A stretch of DNA of 64,000 bases, taken from NCBI GenBank assembly GCA_964188305.1, contig OZ076889.1; one strand, given 5' to 3'. The notes beneath the pieces were generated by a model, which was not told the origin of the DNA, made no database searches, and worked only from the letters and a program-made list of their open reading frames with translations. Origin of the DNA: Podarcis bocagei (lineage: Eukaryota). Of this stretch, positions 48,321 to 61,800 are shown piece after piece. Numbering within the stretch: position 1 is the stretch's first letter; every line of letters starts with the position of its first letter. A program made the position numbers and the translations under genes.

Positions 48321-50933
48321 GTGTACTAAGATATCCCCCAATCAACTGCCCAGAGTTTCTATAATTCAGCTGTTTCCATCATTTGATGTGAGGGACTGGC
48401 GGGCCCCTGACAAGTGTGCCCTGGGGCAAGGGGGGCTGAAATCTAACTTGGGGGCCAGTGGTTTGTAGGGATCTGCATGAGCCAGGAGGCAAGGATCAGA
48501 GGCAGGGGGAACTTCAGAGCTGGAGGAAGAGGTAGGTCAGGCAAGTGAAGGGCCCGGTGCTTCCCCAACCATTCCTGCACCACTGTCTCCCAGAGCCAGG
48601 AGGGAATTGAAATGGGAGGCACAGAGAAAGTTTCCACGCAGGCGCAATTTCTGGCTGTGTGCATCTGTCGGGGGAAGGTACGCAAGCTGGTGGCGTGAGA
48701 GTGGCCCCCTGTTGCTGCAAATGCTCCCTAGAGCGCAGGGCTGGGAATAGCTGCCTAGCCATGAGATTGGTGTGCATAGATATCCAGAGCTATAGAGAAT
48801 AAATACTTAATTATCTGCCTTGGCTGGGAAGCACCCTTGACATTTTATATATTAAATGTTTGTAATTACTTTTACTGTTGATGTTTTATTGTGCAACCAA
48901 ATAAATGGGATGACTCTCCCTCCAGGAATGTCATAGGTGTTTTTTCTTATGTAGGTCTTCCTTTGTACACTCGTTATAATCCTGTTAACTGCGGTGCCCT
49001 AAAAAATCCAGTTTTGCCATTTGCCAACAAACTAATTTGCTGTCTGAAACAAATGCCACACAGTACTCCATGAAACCTTGATCCTGGCTCACCTTAGGGT
49101 TCATTCACAGTACCTCTGGTACCATGTTGAAATGCAGATTGGTAACGTGGTCCTAATCCGTACACAGAGGAAAGTGTCACCAGTTTCTACACCAGCCACA
49201 CATAGCCTGACAGCACTGGCTTTTTCATGCTGATCAGCAGTGAGAAGACACTGGAAAAGTGGACGCTGTGTGCACAGAAGAATAATGTGCAGAGTGTACT
49301 GCCAGCTCCTACGTGTCCAGGTTCTCATGAATTAGGCTTTGGCCAAGGCCCAAGGATTCAGCTTTGGTTGAATCTGGATTTCCTTCAAAGCAATCCTAAA
49401 ACTAAAGATCAAATGCTGAAATAAAAAAAAAATGGGTCAAACCTCAAGAGCTGGCAAGTTTTAGGGACAGTGGTAGGCACATTGGTGTGCAAGCAGCCCA
49501 CTCAACACAAACTCAGCAATGCCATTTTTCCATGTGCCTAAAGCAATGGCCTTTTCACAAGTTAGGAGCAGTGTGTTCTAAAAGGATGGGGGAAATCTCT
49601 AATGATGGAATTTTAGTTGAACTAAAACCCCATTTTATTATGTGTTGGTTTGAAGCAACTCCTCTTGTAAAACCCTGCCTGTCAAAACTGGGTCAAGTTT
49701 GTTTGTACTCTTTGGTTTCATTGGCTCTTTTCTGACAGCTGGATGGGCGGAAGGAGATGCTTCTCTTCACACCTTTGCCATGAGCAGCTGGGCAGGGAGG
49801 GAAGGCTGCCAAGGACACCAGGCCCCCAGGGAAAGGAGGGGGCAGAAAGGGAGCTCTAAGTGGGCAGGATACAGCCGGATGCCCGGTCATGGTAGCTGAA
49901 ATAGGCACGGGTCGTGAGCTATGCAAGGCCAGTAAAAGCACCAGCGCTCCTTTTCCTGGGTGCAAGCCACATTGGAGCCCCTTTCATTTGCAAAGCAACA
50001 CTGTACTGGTTTTTCCTTTCTTTCCCCAAATGCAATTTAATGATCTTTCAGGGATCTTTCCCCCACCCCCAGGGCAATCCCGTGAATCTGAGAGTGTAAA
50101 GAAGGGACAACGAAAGAGGCCGAAATTGGTTAAATTCAGCCAGGCAAGCAGTTAAAATGTAACCAGCTCAGTCAGATTGGTGTTTTTTGTTGATTTTTCT
50201 ATGTGCAAGACTCTGATTTTGTTGCCTTGCTTTCTTTACAAGCTCTGACAATCTGGCTTCATTGGTTTAAAGGGATATTTCCTAGAATTTCTTGCTAAAT
50301 TCTTCTGTATGTGCTGCACAGTTGTTAAGCTACCACATGAGTCCTGGGGAGAATTCACAAGGTTCTATAAGATTTGGTGTCCTCTGGGCTTTGGGAAAGT
50401 AAAACTAAGGCTCCTTTCTTTTTATTATTTCCTAGAGCTGCTCTGGAAAGAGAGTTCCCTGACAGGTAGCTGGACAGATAGTTTGTTAGGAGCTTCAGTC
50501 TGAAGGTAGCAACCTATTGTGATTATACGGGGGGGGGGTACCCTTCCACAAAAAGGGGCTTTGCCAGGAAGACCCCCTCATCTGTCACACTGGTTTTTTT
50601 TTCTTTTACAATTTTTGTTTCTTTTAAAATTTGCTGGCTATTCCCATGGGTGCCTTGCTGGGATGCCAAATGGTTTATGACCCCAGCCTACCAAATAAAA
50701 ATATGATTTTTGAAATCACTTTTTAACTGAATACAGTAGGTGATGGGAAAGATTTTTGGAGTTCTCACCATGCCCACTTTTACACTTTAGCCACCTGCAT
50801 TTTGATATGCAGTCACAAGCACCCATCTGAGGGTTGACTCTGGGTCAATGCAGCCCTTGGCCTGAGAATGGCTTGGCCACCCTGATTTAACAAACTGGTG
50901 TTCATTCTGACCATTAGCCGCCTTGAGTTCCTT

Positions 50934-51175
50934 CCGGGGATGGGGAACCTGTGGCCTTTCAGATGTTGGTGGACTCCCAATTCCCATAAGTCCCAGCCAG
51001 CATGGCTAATGACTGTTCTTCAACCTGGAGTCTCGGATGTTGTTGGAGTACAACTCCCGTCATCCTGACCATTGGCTGAGGTGGCTGGGGATGACAAGAG
51101 CCTGTAGTCCAGCACCATCTGGAGACCCCAGATTGAAGAACACTGATCTGGAGGGCCATAGATTCCCCATCCCTG
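50934..51175. mobile_element. hAT-type MITE containing a second MITE (51011-51145)
   Basis: Outer ends ggggatggggaacctgtggcc / ggccatagattccccatccctg; inner TIRs (g)actgttcttcaa / ttgaagaacactg. Confidence 0.7.
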
Positions 51176-52406
51176 CTTTAGCAGAAGATGCAGCTTAACT
51201 CTCTGCATTTGAGGTTGGTGGCAGTGTAAAGAAGGAGGGGCAAAGGGAACTTTGCAAGTCTGGAGGAAAGTTGTACACCCACCTTCAAAAGTCCCTCCTC
51301 ATCTTACCTGAGGTGCATGGGGACCTTTTTATCCTGGTTTGCTTAAGAGCCTTGGAGCATAAGGTCTAATTCCCCAGCTGCCTAGTCACTGAAGCATTTT
51401 CTGTGCTAACATGACAGCTGCAAAAATCTAGAAATGTCAACCAAGGAGGTGACACTATGGGAAATAAGAGAGTTTCGCAGTAAATTGACGTCCCTTTTCC
51501 ACTTGAATGGTGTGGAAGGCAGCAGGATTGTTCCTATTGGTCTTGGGCAAATAGCATATTAAACCATCGCAACAGCGTCCCCTTCCTCCTTTGCCCCCTG
51601 GTCCTTCCTAGGTCTTAACACTAAGGAGTTTTGACTTCAGCCACACATAGCCAGGAAATGGACCGTTAAGCCTGACATTTCAATCTGCCCTAACATCAGT
51701 ACAGGCCAAAGGAAACAGCTAGTACAGAAGCTGGCCAATGCATTAAACTGACCCAGATTTTGTGGTGGTTTTTTTTAAAAAAATCTGCAATGCAAATGAA
51801 AAACTACATGATCGTGCATGGCTTTTTTTTTTTTTTAGACAGAAGGATGAAAGGAGCCCTGTGGAGAATAGGGATATCAACAGCAAGATCAGCACATCCA
51901 TCTCTAACATCCCCTAAAAACTCATGTACCGCTGCAGAGATCCCTGCTGCACCAGCTGAAAGCAGAACAGAACAGGTTACCTCTGGCAGTGTTCCCAAGA
52001 GCTGCAGTCCTGAACAAGGCCCTGTAGCAGAGTGTTGCAGGAGTGGAGGCAGATCCAAAGTCAGCCCATTCCCAGAGGGGGAGATGATTCAGACTCTTAT
52101 GCTGAAACTGTGTGGAGTTGGTATGGCATATAAATAAAACATAACTGCGCCACCCCAATGCATCTTTTCACCTCGGCCAGAATGAGCAAGAGGGCTTTGA
52201 AGCACAGCTTCTAGCCAGTGCTTTGCTTGGCTCCCTTATTAAATGTATGTTAAAGCAACCAAAAGGCCTCACTCCAAATTAAAATGATCTCTCTTCAAAA
52301 TATTTTGTCTCTATAGTCTTCGGTCTCTCCATTTTTGCCATGCTCCACATTTTATCTAGCCATTCTATTATAGAAGGTAATTTACTGGGTTCAATTTGGT
52401 GGCAAT

Positions 52407-53255
52407 TAGAATCATAGAATCATAGAATCATAGAATCATAGAATCATAGAGTTGGAAGAGACCACAAGGGCCATCGAGTCCAACCCCCTGCCAAGCAGGA
52501 AACACCATCAGAGCACTCCTGACATATGGTTGTCAAGCCTCTGCTTAAAGACCTCCAAAGTAGGAGACTCCACCACACTCCTTGGCAGCAAATTCCACTG
52601 TCGAACAGCTCTTACTGTCAGGAAGTTCTTCCTAATGTTTAGGTGGAATCTTCTTTCTTGTAGTTTGGATCCATTGCTCCGTGTCCGCTTCTCTGGAGCA
52701 GCAGAAAACAACCTTTCTCCCTCCTCTATGTGACATCCTTTTATATATTTGAACATGGCTATCATATCACCCCTTAACCTCCTCTTCTCCAGGCTAAACA
52801 TGCCCAGCTCCCTTAGCCGTTCCTCATAAGGCATCGTTTCCAGGCCTTTGACCATTTTGGTTGCCCTCCTCTGGACACGTTCCAGTTTGTCAGTGTCCTT
52901 CTTGAATTGTGGTGCCCAGAACTGGACACAGTACTCCAGGTGTGGTCTGACCAGAGCAGAATACAGTGGCACTATTACTTCCCTTGATCTAGATGCTATA
53001 CTCCTATTGATGCAGCCCAGAATTGCATTGGCTTTTTTAGCTGCCGCGTCACACTGTTGGCTCATGTCAAGTTTGTGGTCAACCAAGACTCCTAGATCCT
53101 TTTCACATGTACTGCTCTCAAGCCAGGTGTCACCCATCTTGTATTTGTGCCTCTCATTTTTTTTGCCCAAGTGCAATACTTTACATTTCTCCCTGTTAAA
53201 ATTCATTTTGTTTGTTTTTGCCCAGTTCTCTAATCTGTCAAGGTCGTTTTGAATT
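52407..53255 (-). mobile_element. Young 5'-truncated CR1 LINE with an intact ORF2 C-terminal frame
   Basis: Uninterrupted 232-aa frame ([12 protein letters not shown]...[18 protein letters not shown]...[11 protein letters not shown]), CR1 3'UTR and (TTCTATGA)n tail seen as (TAGAATCA)5. Confidence 0.95.
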
Positions 53256-53457
53256 AAGCATTCCGGCTGCTAATAATAGGTTGTTAACAAGGATCTGACT
53301 AGGTTTATTCACACTGACTCCTCTGTACACAAAATGAAACCAGACTGGGGAATTCATGGTGGCGCCTTTAACTCCTGCACTTTGGAGGGGTGATAAAAAG
53401 TAAGAATTGCCCTAAGGCCAACATTTAATTTGAGGTGAGAGACTGTGGCCGTCCAAA

Positions 53458-53645
53458 AGGGCTGTAGCTTAGTAGCAGAACTTCTGTTTGCATACAGAAG
53501 GACCAAGGTTCAAGTCCCAATATCTCCAGGTGCGGCTGGGAAAGATCCCTGGCCAAATCCCTGAAGAACAGCTGTAAGTCAGTGTTGACAACACTGAGCT
53601 AGATGTACGGAGGTGTCTTGGTGGAAGGCTGCTCTCTATGTTTCA
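53458..53645 (+). mobile_element. Old tRNA-derived SINE
   Basis: gggctgtagcttagtagcaga (A box), ggttcaagtccc (B box), body gtcagtgttgacaacactgagctagatg. Confidence 0.7.
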
Positions 53646-54267
53646 GAAGCTGTTGGAAGGTTAACTTTGATAATCCATTACCACTGGCAATGTTGACCAG
53701 GGCTGTGTGTCATGAGTTCTTCGGCTCTGTCAAGATCTGGTATGGTTTGGCAGCCCTGGATAGAGGAAGAGGAAGTAGAGGGGTGTGTGGCCTGAAGGCT
53801 GCCACCCAGGGATGGAGGGAGGTGGCAGCAGAGCAGAAACCGGGCACTCACAACAATTTTTGTGTGGGTGCCTGGGCACCCTGGAGTTGGCACTAGTGGG
53901 CCCATGCCTAGAAAGTGTGGGTCAAGCAGGAAAATGGCTCGGACCTGCAGTTTCCAGGCAAGGAAATAGCGGAAGTGTGGATGAGCCTTACGTCTCTAGA
54001 GAGCCAACAAGAGCTCCTTGCAGCCTGTGGACTAAACCAAGCTTTCCTGAAATGTTATCCAAGTCAATTAAAACACAGCCCCAGAACTTTTTCTTCAATT
54101 TAATTAATCAGTACATTTTTAATGCTTCTCAGAGCAGAGGCTTTCAAGGCCGCGGAAGAAATGAACAACGTTTGCTCCTAATTCATTAGGAATTATTTTT
54201 AGCCCTGCATCTGTGCAAGGGTGACTGGGGATAATGAAGATGGTAAAACCATAAACCCAACCAAGAA

Positions 54268-54585
54268 TAGGGGAGAAATCCATTCGGTTCGCATTTTAAT
54301 AGGAAGCTACTAGATTCTATACATGAACCCAAACACTGCTATCCTTGAAATTCATTGCTCTGAATTTTGCAATGCTGTTGGCCAGCTTAAAAAGGGGGGG
54401 GATGTGTACATTAAAGAGTATACACAACAATGTGTAGACAATTTTTAAAATGCATTATATTAAGAGAAAATTGCTTGCAAAAATGTATATATTAAGAGAA
54501 ACAGACAGAAATGCGTATTTAAAAACAAAACAAAAAGCAAACTGATGTGGGAATGTGGAACACGACCCATATCTCAGTCCCCTGA
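54268..54585. mobile_element. AT-rich DNA transposon remnant related to 4470-4891
   Basis: gaaatccattcggttcgcatttta...ttgaaattca...gaattttgcaatgc...gagaaaattgcttgcaaaaatgtatat; inverted homologue of the 4.5-kb copy. Confidence 0.55.
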
Positions 54586-55567
54586 GAGAAACTTTCTTTG
54601 TGGGACAGCACAGCTTCATAAATTGTTGGCAGCCATCCTCTGTGACTAGTTGGAAGGAATTCCAAACCTTTTGCTCAGGGAACAGGAGTCAGCCACAACT
54701 GCCAAATGACCTCCTTCCCACCCCTCAGCCTGCCTGCATGTGCTGCTTTGGCAGGTAAGAGAAGTGACGTAGAGAGAAGATGCTACCTCTTTGGGAGGTG
54801 GTATGACCCACCTCTTAAAGATTATGGGTTGGATTCAAAGTAGACCCACCGAAAGGAATGGGCATGACTAACCTAGGCCCATTCCTTTCAGTCTACCCTG
54901 GCCCACTAAGTGGAACTCAGTTGGATACAACCCACAGGGTGGTATTCAACTACTGCATCCCATCAGTACAAGGATTTTTGCTTGCACAAAATCACTGCCC
55001 CTCTCTCTTCCCACTGGATGTTCCCCATGGCCTCTCCAGATTTGCTTCAGAGGCTTAAAGGAACCCATAGAACAGATTTAGGGGGCACACCAAGCAGAAA
55101 TCCTTGCATTGATGTGATGTTCACTTAGCACTACATTCCACCCACAACCTTTAGGAGGAGGAATCATACCACTTCCCAAATAGCAACTTCTGTATACATT
55201 ACTAGGTAAATAACAGAGGAATTAAGTGAGCCGAAGAAGCTGGGGAAGTTTACTATGTGCACATAGGCACACTAAAAAGGAAGAGGCTACAAAAATCAGC
55301 CAAGGAAAGGCAAAGCAGAGGTGCCTTTATCAGTGTTGCTTGGGAATTCTAATAAAACAAAAAATCAGTGCAGTTCCAAATGGTTCATTCAACCCACCAT
55401 CTTGATTCAATATGGAGTCCAACTGTATTTAAACAGAGAAGAAAACCTGCTCCTTGGTTTCAGGAACCAACATACAAAATTTGGTTGTGAACTCTTAAAG
55501 AGGTGTACAAATGCAAAATAATGTAAGGAGATGAAGAGAACTACAGAATTAGAGGAACAGAAGTAGA

Positions 55568-55825
55568 GAAGAAGAAGAAGAGGAGGAGTTTGGATTTGAT
55601 ATCCCGCTTTATCACTACCCGAAGGAATCTCAAAGTGGCTAACGTTCTCCTTTCCCTTCCTCCCCCACAACAAACACTCTGAGGTGAGTAAGGCTGAGAG
55701 ACTTTAGAGAAGTGTGACTAGCCCAAGGTCACCCAGCAGCTGCATGTGGAGGAGCAGAGACGCAAACCTGGGTCACCAGATTACAAGTCTACCACTCTTA
55801 ACCGCTACACCACACTGGCTCTCCC
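55568..55825 (-). mobile_element. Squam3-type SINE, near full length
   Basis: Minus strand: gagagccagtgtggtgtagcggttaagagtggtagact...gctgggtgaccttgggctagtcac...gataaagcgggatatcaaatccaaactc plus (CTT)n tail. Confidence 0.88.
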
Positions 55826-56452
55826 ACTGGAGCAGATGCGGGGGGGGGGGATACAGCCTATTTATCCACATATTTTAATATACTCAATGGCCCATCTGGC
55901 ACCATACATCCTGCTGTCTATGGCAATAACTGTGTAGAACAGAAGAAACCTACTTTTTTGGATGGCCCTCAAAAGAGGAACAGGGTCCCAAACTCAGTGA
56001 TCCCTTTCTAGGGAGAAAAAAATCATGACGAGAGCTCCAGTTTGAGGTCAATTTGTGGTTGTCTCCACTTTGGCTGCAGTTAGGAACCACTTTTTTCACA
56101 GCTCGATTAACAACCTCTGTGACCAATGAAGCATTAGAATTCCTCCATATGTTCACAATAGCAAAGGTATGACTCAACCAGCACCACGGCCCAAGGCAGA
56201 AAGTGTGTCAGACATATGCCGCCTTGAGCAAGGCACTGTGGGTACGCATTGTGAGAGGGGAGCTGCTGGAGAAGTGCAATGATTCAGATGAATGGATGGC
56301 TTGAGAATTTCAATCTTTACACATTCTGATACAAGCTGACCTGATCCTCACCTTTGAAGGTTAAGGTGTGGATCAGAAAATAGCTGCACATCAAATGTTA
56401 CACTTCTCTCAACACTGCAACACAGTTTTCAGCTCAGGAACAATATAAAATA

Positions 56453-56710
56453 CAGTGATACCTCGGGTTAAGTACTTAGTTCGTTCCGGAGGTCCGTACT
56501 TAACCTGAAACTGTTCTTAACCTGAAGCACCACTTTAGCTAATGGGGACTCCTGCTGCCGCTGTGCCGCCAGAGCACGATTTCTGTTCTCATCCTTAAGC
56601 AAAGTTCTTAACCTGAAGCACTATTTCTGGGTTAGCGGAGTCTGTAACCTGAAGCGTATGTAACCTTAAGTGTATGTAAACTGAAGCGTATGTAACCCGA
56701 GGTACTATTG
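56453..56710 (+). mobile_element. Tc1/mariner-type MITE, copy 5, inserted in an older AT-rich element (~56360-56945)
   Basis: TA|CAGTGATACCTC...GAGGTACTATTG|TA. Confidence 0.9.
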
Positions 56711-57133
56711 TACATCTAAACCCATGGATTTTGAGGTACAGTATGTTTAGAAATGCCTGTTTCTAGGGAAAAATTGTTCAGAAATGTGTGTTTTGAGAGA
56801 AGACACATTTAACAACATGTATTTAGATGCAAATTTTCATGTGATTTTTTTTTTTTTTTTTTGTAAATTAGTGCAGAAATGCACTTATGAGAACGCATGT
56901 GAAAGTGACACAGACCAGAAATTAACTTATTTGTCCATTCCTAATCAGAGGCCCAGTCTCCTCTTTAAACTGGCAAGCAGCTCTTTAAAGGAAACACTCT
57001 GCTCTGAGTTCCCTGTGTGTGTGCAAATCAGTCAGCTCAAACAGTTAATAAGTATCAATGCTCAGAGTGCAGTATGGCAAAAGCATCCAAGAACTAAGAA
57101 AAATTAACAGAAACTTATATAAGTTTGTGTGGA

Positions 57134-57187
57134 GATAATATAGATAGATATAGATGATACAGATGATATGATATAGATATAGATATA
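57134..57187. repeat. Degenerate (GATA)n microsatellite
   Basis: Read directly from sequence. Confidence 0.75.
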
Positions 57188-59422
57188 TTAATGACACTTA
57201 TATTCCACCTTTTGTCCCTGGGAAGCCTCCTGCTCCAAAACAGCTCATGGTAAAACAACTATAAATACAATAAAATCAATTTAAGTACAACAAAACCACA
57301 TGCCTGATGCCTGATGCATAATCAGCAAGAGAGTCAAAATTTTGCAGAGAGAATGAGGTGACGAAAACAAAAAGTGGTTACACACTTCCAGTTGTCCTGT
57401 CTTCCCCTTGGCCAAAACTCTTCATAAACCTCTGCAAACTACCTTTGATCAGACAACGGCATTGTGCTTAGCAATAGGCAAGATATTAATAATGCATTAT
57501 AAAAGTGAAACTGTTACACACTCCACTCTTCGCAAGGAGGAATCCATAACCTTAAAGCAGTCCATCAATTCCTGCCACCTGTTTTAGACACTCCATATTG
57601 GGCTTAGCAACCCAGCAAATAAAACGGGCAATCAATTGAGCATCCTTAAATTCCCAGGCAACAACAGAGCCAGTGGCCTTATGCTGCAATTTAGTTCTGG
57701 ACCAGATGATATCTAGCTGGAAGGGGAAACATCAGGCAGACTAAGATTTGTCAACTTTAAGGAGCAGCAGTCTGACATGCACAAATTAATTAAGCTTTCC
57801 CCTTCACTGTAGTTGCACCTAAAAGAAAGTTTAATTGGCTGAAATCCAATGTATGAAGTTACTGTTAAAAGCCCTAGATGCGAATCAGTACAGACACTGG
57901 CATCTATGGGCAATATTAAAATAGTCACTTAATGTTACACTGAATACAATGTATTAGGTCAATATTCTGCTCTATTTAATTATTCAGCTGGGAAGCCAAT
58001 ACAATCCTGTCTCATTTAATACAGGGTTGTTGTTTTTACAAAGCAAAGTCTCTATAACAATACAATATAGGTCTACTCAGAAGTAAGCCTCACTGAATTC
58101 AATGGAGCTTCCTCCTAGGTATGTGTGTATATAGGGTTAGAAAAAAAAACCAGAGCAAAACTGTAGTCCTGTTTAACTACTGATATTCTAATAAGAGACT
58201 TCCTGAATCTTTTTACTGACTGCCCAGGGCACCCTAAGTTTGTGGTATTGATTATTTAACAGAATTGCATACACATCAACACTTCATCTGAAAATAACTA
58301 TATTAATGAATAAGGTAGGTAGCTGTGTTGGTCTGACGCAGTGGGGGGGGGAATGAAAAAAAAATTGTCCAGTAGCACCTTAGAGACCAACTGATTTTGT
58401 TCATATTCCTGAAAGCAGCATACATTAAGGACCTAATCCTGCTCTTCCGCCACATCAACATGACTAGGAATAATCGGTTCAAGGCATCATACTTATTACA
58501 GGCAACAACTGATGTTTCATAAAACGACAAAGGAACTCAAACCTGCTGTCCACAGTACTCCTGGCCGGAAGTTGTTTAGAAAAGTCCCACCCCAAAAAAC
58601 CCCTATAAGAACTCTAAAATAATTGAGCAGAGTCAGCTTCCTCAGTAAGGCAGTGCAAAGAGGAGCCTCGCCTTCCCCACTTGCAATCAAGCCCAGCTGA
58701 GCTCGCCATAGATTTAAGAACAGCTGGGGAAAGAAGAGCTCAGGGATATTTTTTTTAAAAAAAGTTTTATCAGTTGTATGTCTTTGTTTCTCAATTTGAT
58801 CATTTTACATGGTTTTGTATGCATTGTGGTATTTTATGCATTGTTGTTTTTATTGATAATAGTTTAGTAATTATTATAATTGTTAAGAGTGAAATTCTGT
58901 TTAATTATTATTTGCTGACGTTCTGAGAGTTAATTTTACTGTGTACTATTACATTCTAATAGATGATTGAATATTTATTTGATATAAGTCGTTCCATTTT
59001 AAAGTTATTTTGTCATGATTTTTTTGTATTGGATGGAATTATTATAAGGTGTGTGTTCTTTGTTGTATATTTTGTTGCTGTAAACTGCCTTGTGTTTAGT
59101 AATACAGAAAGGCGGTATACAAATTAAAAGGTAAAGGGAAGGAAATGGTTTAGGGGTGTCCAAATGACACGCACGTGGCACCAAACACAGAAGTAGCCCC
59201 AAAACATAAATATGCAGCGCCCGATTTACGTATAAGCTAAACAAGCTATAGCTTAGGGCCCCACTCTCAAACAAACAAACAAACCAGTAACGCCCCCCCC
59301 TCCCATTCAGAGTCCAAGGCCAAGCAATAAACTCTTTTTAAGATTCACACCCTCAGCAATAGGGAGATTTCCAATGTGGCTAGTATACGCACCACAAATT
59401 ACATGCCCAGGATGAATTTATG

Positions 59423-59508
59423 GTTGCAGCCCTATATCCACTTACCTGGGAAGTCTCACTGAAATCAGTGCGACTTACCTATAAGTAAACAGGTATAAGA
59501 CTGTGCTA
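59423..59508. mobile_element. Short palindromic MITE (acttac...aagt...cactgaa...acttac...aagtaa family)
   Basis: Imperfect ~85-bp palindrome; a relative lies at ~58058-58140. Confidence 0.5.
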
Positions 59509-61800
59509 TAAACCAGGTGAAGATTTGCAAAACAAGGGACAGGAAAGTTTCCTCTGTTCCAAAGTTAAACATTCTATGCCTTTGTTTTCAACTCAACCCT
59601 AACGGGTTAACGTCAGCCTGGGAGTATAATGTTCATCTTTCACTCTTGTCTATATGCCTACATAAGAAGAATAGGGCTGTGTTAACCTGAATGTGTTTCT
59701 TATATTGAGTTTTCCTTGGTCCAATAAAAGGTATTGCCTCACTGCTCTGAGTATTTTATTCCATGGGATCAACACAGCTGCTATGGCTCTGATTAAATAC
59801 TGGAGCCACTTCAAAATCATTAGCTCCACCAAATATTCCTGCTTAGACAGTTTCTCTGCCCTTCTGCACGCTCCCCGCCTAGCAATCCACACTGTACATT
59901 TTTCATACAAAACCAAGCAGCCTGAAAGTCCATAGTCACTGCGTACACACCACCACCCCTGTTCTAAAGGCTGTTTTATGTAAGATTTTAATGGGCACAA
60001 ACACCTAACTTTATACACCTGCTAACATGTAGCTGAAGCACATATACATCTACCATGGAAATTCTATGCAGGAAATAGACTTTAGCTCCATGGGGTCTCA
60101 TACTTGTGTGGTGTACATGAATTGGGGAAGAGAAACGTGTGGGCCTTGCGTGGTTGTGATGTTGCATTTTATTGTACTATTGTTTTAACATATTGCTATC
60201 CCACCCCCGGTTTGTAATCCTCTCTGGGTGTTCAGTGGGTGGAAGAGAAGGATAAAATAAAAATGATACAAGCAATTCCAAAGGATTTGGTGGGCTTGGG
60301 CCAACTGCCCATCTGTCTGCTGTGCATTATGGAGTTCACATTGGCCACAGTGCGCAGCTTCCTGCCAGCACATTTGCAGGAGTCTCCTAACCCTGGGTTA
60401 GACCTGGTTTACATGAGTAGAGAGTAAAAAGCAAAGAGCCAAGTGCTGAATTAACACAGACCATGCTGTCCACAAATGCCCTTAGGTAGTCCCAACTGTG
60501 TCTCTATCCACTCACTCTCTCTTCAGGGCCCTGCCATGAAGCAAGCAGCAAAAAAAAGGACTGAATGAACCCACAAGTTAAAACACAGACTTAGCATTAC
60601 CTGATATATTTTGCAATAACATCCCTCAGCTCCAACAAAGGTAAGCAACTTGTTGCTTAACACCAAAGGCCATCCCCCCGCTTTTTTTCTTTGCCACCAA
60701 ACATACTCAATTTATTCCTACAGTCACAAAGGGTAAAGATGTTGATACTAAAAAAATAAAATAAAAGCTATACCTGTCCAAAGAGAATTTACAGTTGCGT
60801 GCAGCTTTTGGGCCACAACTTGTCAATCATAATTTGGACTATACATTGAAAAAATAAAAATAATTGTGGAAACTACTTTCTCTCATGCATGTGATCTTAT
60901 AGATCATTATCAATCCCATGGCTGGAATACTGATTTGAAGAGTGAGAGAATACAGCTCTCCCACACTCACACAATGGGAGCACAGCTCCCCCAGGGTGAA
61001 ATGTGTCTGCAAAGTACTGCTTTCAGCAACACTTGGGTCTGAAGTAGTCACCTCCCAGATTCCGTCTTCTCAAATGGCCCTCAAGATCCTCTGTAGATAT
61101 TTCAAATGAAGATGCACTGCTGGCCCTTCCTTTAATTAACAGCAGACTTTTTTTAATACAAGTCATCTGGACAATTCAAAGAGATGGAACATTTCAGAAT
61201 GTCAGACTCATTTCTCATAAAAACAAAAGCCAGAAGCGGCTTCCTAATCCCGCCCCCCATTCCCATCCCAGTATAAACACATTGTTCCCAACCATCAGCA
61301 CAGGCATCCACATATCTGGCTAGCCATGTGACTTGCTGCTCACATGAAAATGATTACCCTGCACACAAAAAGAGACACGCCAGCTGGAAAATTGGCCTGC
61401 CCTGCTTCAAATTCCCGAGTGGTTCGCACACATCACGCTCTGGGAGAACGTAGCTCTCAAACCACACCATCCATAAACTGTAAAATCATAGGGCTTTCAA
61501 GAAAGCCTCACTTCAGTAGCAAAGCCAACATTTCAACAGGGAAAGTTTCTTGGGAACGCACATTCCCCCTGCTCCCATTAATGGAGTGATGTGCACAGAC
61601 AACGGAAGTAGAGCTTGAGAAAGTCCTATGAACTTCAGTGCATGGCTCAAGGCCAACTAGTCAGAGAGCACAGCCCTCTTCAGATTGCTGCAGAAGGACA
61701 CACAGTTGGGAAATACTGCCATAATTCTGGAAAACTATATTTAATGCCTCATACAGAAACACTTCATTTGAAATATTTAAATATATATATATGAACTCAC

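Noticed and set aside
52407-52450. Regular short repeats suggesting a CRISPR-like array (also the TAACCTGAAG units in MITEs)
   Set aside because: Eukaryotic CR1 tail octamer and MITE internal repeats; no unique spacers and no cas genes.
52848-53252. 134-aa plus-strand ORF
   Set aside because: Antisense shadow of CR1 ORF2.
61661-61800. ORF-track extension of the SH3 ORF (…EFIYIYLNISNEV…)
   Set aside because: Read-through past a consensus GTGAGT donor; p85 homology continues in the spliced exon at 44491.
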